A stretch of 64,000 nt of DNA, from the NCBI GenBank assembly GCA_029243395.1, contig JAQWSE010000007.1, positions 5,690 to 69,689 on the forward strand. The letters run 5' to 3'. Of this stretch, positions 59,922 to 64,000 are shown in pieces. Within the stretch, counting starts at the first letter, position 1. Every line of letters starts with the position of its first letter. The translations under genes and the position numbers were made by a program. This DNA comes from Paracoccaceae bacterium (lineage in GTDB: Bacteria > Pseudomonadota > Alphaproteobacteria > Rhodobacterales > Rhodobacteraceae). A model generated the notes under the pieces. The model saw only the letters and a list, made by a program, of their open reading frames with translations, was not told where the DNA came from and searched no databases.

Positions 59922-61097
59922 GTGGATAATATAAGAAGACAATTTGATTTTACTTCCGAATCTGTTTCAGAGGGGCATCCTGACAAAGTTTGCGATAGAA
60001 TTTCTGACTCTATCTTAGATGAGATCATTAGATATGACCCCAGGGCGAGAGTTGCATGTGAGACATTTGCCACTACCAACCAGGTCATCATTGGAGGAGA
60101 GATTAGCTTCACTAATAAAACTAAAATTACGGACTTTTCAAAGATGATTTCGGATGTTGTGCGGTTAACCGTGAAAGACATAGGATATGAACAAGAAGGG
60201 TTTCACTGGAAAAACTTGGCTATTGTTAACCTTCTTCATGAGCAATCTCCTGATATCGCGCAAGGCGTGAATCGAGATGGGGCAGGAGATCAGGGTATAA
60301 TGTTTGGATATGCTGTGGATGAAACAGCTGAATTAATGCCCGCTCCACTCCAGTATTCACAGGCAATTTTAAAATGCTTAAGCACTGCAAGAAAGAATGA
60401 ACTCAAAGGGGTGCTCGGACCTGATGCCAAATCACAATTAACCATTAGTTATAAAGATGGTAAACCTAGTTTCATCAAATCAATTGTAGTCTCAACGCAG
60501 CATTTTGATGAAAAATTGTCCTCTGAAGAGATCAAGCATATAATCTCACCCTATGTTAAAGAAGTGGTGCCATCTGAGTGGTTAAGATCAGAGACAGTAT
60601 GGCATGTTAACCCTACTGGAAAATTTGTGATTGGGGGACCCGATGGAGATGCAGGACTCACTGGTAGAAAGATCATAGTGGATACGTATGGAGGTGCCGC
60701 CCCGCATGGAGGAGGTGCTTTTTCAGGTAAAGACCCGACTAAAGTAGATAGATCAGCTGCTTATGCGGCAAGGTATCTAGCGAAAAATATTGTTGCGGCT
60801 GGTTTTGCAAAAAGATGTGTGCTGCAACTTTCTTACGCTATAGGGATAGCAGAACCTTTATCAGTTTATGTTAATACGTTTGGAACTAATTCTGTTCCAG
60901 AAGATAATATTGAGAAAGTGATTAAAGAATGCATGGATCTGAGCCCACAGGGAATAATAGCACACCTTGATTTACATAAACCAATATATAGTGAGACGTC
61001 CGCCTATGGCCATTTCGGTCGGGAATATACAAAAGATGGACATTTTTCATGGGAAAAGACCAACCTGGTTGATAGTTTATTGAAAAAAATTATTTAA
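59922..61097 (+). CDS. metK: S-adenosylmethionine synthase
   Basis: 391 aa. Contains [14 protein letters not shown] and [19 protein letters not shown] start. Confidence 0.97.
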   Translation: MDNIRRQFDFTSESVSEGHPDKVCDRISDSILDEIIRYDPRARVACETFATTNQVIIGGEISFTNKTKITDFSKMISDVVRLTVKDIGYEQEGFHWKNLAIVNLLHEQSPDIAQGVNRDGAGDQGIMFGYAVDETAELMPAPLQYSQAILKCLSTARKNELKGVLGPDAKSQLTISYKDGKPSFIKSIVVSTQHFDEKLSSEEIKHIISPYVKEVVPSEWLRSETVWHVNPTGKFVIGGPDGDAGLTGRKIIVDTYGGAAPHGGGAFSGKDPTKVDRSAAYAARYLAKNIVAAGFAKRCVLQLSYAIGIAEPLSVYVNTFGTNSVPEDNIEKVIKECMDLSPQGIIAHLDLHKPIYSETSAYGHFGREYTKDGHFSWEKTNLVDSLLKKII

Positions 61098-61141
61098 GAT
61101 CAGTCGTCACCGTTAATTGGTACAGCTAAGAATAAGCCGAA

Positions 61142-61849
61142 ATGACAAACATCACAGCCAGCAGTAAGGTTTTTGGAAGAAGAAAGGGCAAGCGGCTTAG
61201 CAGTAGACAAAAAGAGAATATTAAAATTCATTTGACTAAGTATTCTGTTTTCAAGTCGCGTACAGATGGTTCATATGAGCTTCAAAAAATTGATTTGACC
61301 AAGCTTTTTGGTAATCTTAAAGACTTTGAGTTAGAAATAGGATTTGGGATGGGTGATTATTTGTTTCAGAAAGCCTTGGTAAAAAAGACAACTGGTTTTC
61401 TAGGGTGCGAAGTTTTTGAAAATGGAGTAGCCAGTTTACTCACTAGAATTCTAGACAAGAATATTAAGAACATCTTTATACACCCGGGTAATTGCATTGA
61501 TTTGTTAGATAATTTGAGGGGTGCTAAACTAAGCGCTATACACCTACTTTTTCCTGACCCTTGGCCCAAAAACAAACATAATAGGAGGAGATTTTTCACA
61601 ACGGAGAATATTGACAAAATGTGTTACGCTTTGAAAAAAGGAGGAAGCATATTTGTTGCAACTGATATCGAAGAATATGCAGGTCAAATTAGTTCCAGTA
61701 TGGGAACAAGGACTGATTTTAAGGTCGAAAATTACTTGATTAAAGAATTTAAGTCCCCTTTAGGGAGCAAATTTCAGACCAAATTTGAAAGCAAAGCTTA
61801 TGCTTTCAATAGAGTTCCTAGATATATGGTATTTAAGAGGGTAGCATAA
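61142..61849 (+). CDS. trmB: tRNA (guanine-N7)-methyltransferase
   Basis: 235 aa. Contains LEIGFGMGDY and LLFPDPWPKNKHNRRR. It follows metK, as is usual in Alphaproteobacteria. Confidence 0.88.
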   Translation: MTNITASSKVFGRRKGKRLSSRQKENIKIHLTKYSVFKSRTDGSYELQKIDLTKLFGNLKDFELEIGFGMGDYLFQKALVKKTTGFLGCEVFENGVASLLTRILDKNIKNIFIHPGNCIDLLDNLRGAKLSAIHLLFPDPWPKNKHNRRRFFTTENIDKMCYALKKGGSIFVATDIEEYAGQISSSMGTRTDFKVENYLIKEFKSPLGSKFQTKFESKAYAFNRVPRYMVFKRVA

Positions 61850-63201
61850 TGAAAGAACTTTTTGAGTCAATTCAGTCAAATCTTTCTCCTGGTTTGAGTG
61901 GGGAATTTACTGTCCCTGGTGACAAATCTATTTCTCACCGAGCCTTGATACTAGGGAGTATGACTATAGGAGAAACCATAATACACGGACTTTTAGAGTC
62001 TGAAGATGTACTTAGTACAGCTAGTGCTATTGATGCCCTTGGTGCTCAAGTTCTTCATAAAAAATCAGGCGTTTGGTCTGTCAAAGGGGTTGGAGTTGGA
62101 GGGTTTAAAGAACCAGAAAATGTAATTGATTGTGGAAATTCCGGCACATCTGTTCGCTTACTTTTGGGAGCTGTTTCGACATGCCCTATCAAAGCTATTT
62201 TTACTGGAGATCAGAGTTTAAGAAAAAGACCTATGGATCGGGTGGTTTTGCCACTCAAGCAATTTGGAGCCACATTTTCAACCAACATTGGTAACAAGTT
62301 GCCTATCAATGTTGCTGGAAATCAAGAATCCATTCCAATTAGATACGAACTGTTAGTTCCTTCAGCACAAGTAAAATCAGCTATACTTTTGGCAGGACTA
62401 AATGTAAGGGGTCGGACTACCGTCATAGAGCGGGATGCATCAAGAGATCACACTGAAAAAATGCTAAGGGCATTTGGTGTGAACGTCATTATCGAAAATA
62501 AGGACCAATTATCGGAAATATCAGTTGATGGTTTTCCAAAGCTTAAGCCAATTGAGATTAATGTCCCAGGTGATATTTCTTCCGCTTCTTTTCCTATCGC
62601 GGCAGCTTGTATGGTGCCTGGATCTGAAATTCTTATAAAAAATGTAGGAATTAATCCCTTGAGAGACGGATTTTTGGTCACCCTTGTTGAAATGGGCGCC
62701 AACATAAAGATAATGAACAAACGTCAAGATGCGGGGGAATTGGTTGCAGATTTAAGAGTAAATTATTCGCCAAATCTTATAGGTGTTGAAGTTCCAAAAC
62801 AAAGGTCAGCTAAAATGATTGATGAATACCCGATTTTATCAATGGTGGCAGCGATTGCAAATGGTCCAACAATTATGAAAGGTATTAGAGAGCTTCGGTA
62901 TAAAGAGAGCGACAGAATTAATGCTGTTGCAAAAGGGCTAATAGATAGCGGGGTTGATGTCACTGAAGGTGAAGATTTACTCGTTGTTAATGGTGAAAGT
63001 AGTAAAAATATTGAGGGCGGCAGCCAAATTAATGCTTCTAATGACCACAGGATAGCCATGTCTTTTGCTTGCTTAGGTCTTATATCAAAAAAAGGTATCA
63101 AGATTAATGGGGCAAGCTCCATCAATACCAGTTTCCCAAATTTTATTGATTTGATGCAGTTGATAGGGGCAATTGTAATAATTCCTAAAAGAAAAACATG
63201 A
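61849..63201 (+). CDS. aroA: 3-phosphoshikimate 1-carboxyvinyltransferase
   Basis: 450 aa. Contains VPGDKSISHRAL, CGNSGTSVRLL, LRYKESDR and NDHRIAMSF. Confidence 0.95.
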   Translation: MKELFESIQSNLSPGLSGEFTVPGDKSISHRALILGSMTIGETIIHGLLESEDVLSTASAIDALGAQVLHKKSGVWSVKGVGVGGFKEPENVIDCGNSGTSVRLLLGAVSTCPIKAIFTGDQSLRKRPMDRVVLPLKQFGATFSTNIGNKLPINVAGNQESIPIRYELLVPSAQVKSAILLAGLNVRGRTTVIERDASRDHTEKMLRAFGVNVIIENKDQLSEISVDGFPKLKPIEINVPGDISSASFPIAAACMVPGSEILIKNVGINPLRDGFLVTLVEMGANIKIMNKRQDAGELVADLRVNYSPNLIGVEVPKQRSAKMIDEYPILSMVAAIANGPTIMKGIRELRYKESDRINAVAKGLIDSGVDVTEGEDLLVVNGESSKNIEGGSQINASNDHRIAMSFACLGLISKKGIKINGASSINTSFPNFIDLMQLIGAIVIIPKRKT

Positions 63202-63223
63202 TTGGTCTAATGCATAGAGACTA

Positions 63224-63898
63224 TTGTCTTTTAGGACAAGAAAAGTCGTGAATTTTATAGTTGCTATCGATGGTACTGCTGGGTCAGGTAAAGGTACCAT
63301 AGGAAAGGCTATCTCCCACCATTATAATTTTAGGTATTTGGATACGGGACTTTTGTATAGAGCTGTAGCCTTCAATTTAAGATCTTTTTCTGGTGACTTA
63401 AGATCAATTTCGGAAAAAAAAGTTCTGAAAGCCATAAAGGCCATAGATGAAGACATACTCCAGTTAAAGAAATTAAGAGAGAACGAATTTGGCAAGAAAG
63501 CTAGTCTCATAGCTACTAATCCTTTTGTCCGAAAGGAGCTATTAATTTATCAGCGGAATTTTGCGGGTCAAAATGGTGGAGCGGTCTTAGATGGGAGAGA
63601 TATAGGAACCGTAGTTTGCCCAGATGCAAATGTAAAAATTTTTGTTGATGCTATAGAAAGTGTGAGGGCAAGAAGGAGGGTCAAACAATTTGAGGAACAA
63701 AAATTGGCAATTTCCTATAGCGAAGTGCTAGAGGACTTAAGGAAAAGAGATGAGCAAGATAGACATAGAAAAGCTTCGCCAATGGTTCCAGCAAAAGATG
63801 CTCTATTACTTGACTCGTCTATAATGTCTGTTCAGGACAGCTTAGACATTGTTATTTTAAGAATAAATGCAGAATTAAATAAAAATATCATTGAATAG
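63224..63898 (+). CDS. cmk: cytidylate kinase
   Basis: P-loop AIDGTAGSGKGT. The start is uncertain: TTG at 63224 per the track, or the in-frame GTG at 63248, which gives the more typical short N-terminus. Confidence 0.9.
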   Translation: MSFRTRKVVNFIVAIDGTAGSGKGTIGKAISHHYNFRYLDTGLLYRAVAFNLRSFSGDLRSISEKKVLKAIKAIDEDILQLKKLRENEFGKKASLIATNPFVRKELLIYQRNFAGQNGGAVLDGRDIGTVVCPDANVKIFVDAIESVRARRRVKQFEEQKLAISYSEVLEDLRKRDEQDRHRKASPMVPAKDALLLDSSIMSVQDSLDIVILRINAELNKNIIE

Positions 63899-63974
63899 TT
63901 AGATTTATTCTTTATTAAGTTGTTGTTAAATAAAGAAGATGGGAATCAACTACAATACTGAAAGGGAGAGCTAT

Positions 63975-64000
63975 ATGTCAGCATCGGCGACAATGGAAGC
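63975..64000 (+). CDS. start of a CDS running off the window end, possibly 30S ribosomal protein S1
   Basis: ATG at 63975 preceded by AAAGGGAGAG. Only 26 nt are visible (MSASATME). The S1 guess rests solely on the common aroA-cmk-rpsA order. Confidence 0.3.

Noticed and set aside
63908-63937. A 9-bp inverted repeat, TTCTTTATT...AATAAAGAA, after cmk.
   Set aside because: It has a 12-nt loop, one GC pair and no following T-run, so it is not a convincing terminator.

Overview
This window is a gene-dense, AT-rich chromosomal segment with about 56 CDS and most spacers under 100 nt. The gene order is typical of Alphaproteobacteria: mdh-sucC-sucD-sucA, sdhCDAB, irr next to fabA-fabB-fabI, miaB-phoH-ybeY-corC-lnt, metK-trmB, aroA-cmk-rpsA, and an Alph_Pro_TM/TIGR02186 gene. 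I cannot name the species. Most content is core housekeeping: TCA cycle, a nucleoside-uptake ABC operon coupled to purine nucleoside phosphorylase, tsaB/rimI/nfu/trpS/murJ/glnD, envelope genes, smc, acs and fatty-acid synthesis. I saw no rRNA, tRNA, CRISPR array, transposase or integrase. The one clearly accessory segment is a low-GC block of about 5.4 kb (41.4-46.8 kb). It carries a non-canonical translesion/mutagenesis cassette: imuB, then a class I SAM methyltransferase, then dnaE2. There is no imuA, and the DnaE2 ends exactly where the C-terminal OB-fold should begin. This is my best candidate for something undescribed. Smaller observations:
- two phased perfect palindromes (TTGTGATCACAA) in the mdh-sucC spacer, plus a related palindrome upstream of the nucleoside operon
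- a small lipoprotein gene wedged between sdhA and sdhB
- a terminator-like hairpin in the miaB leader
- inverted repeats in the irr-fabA spacer

All family assignments come from reading motifs in the supplied translations and from gene order. No database search was run.
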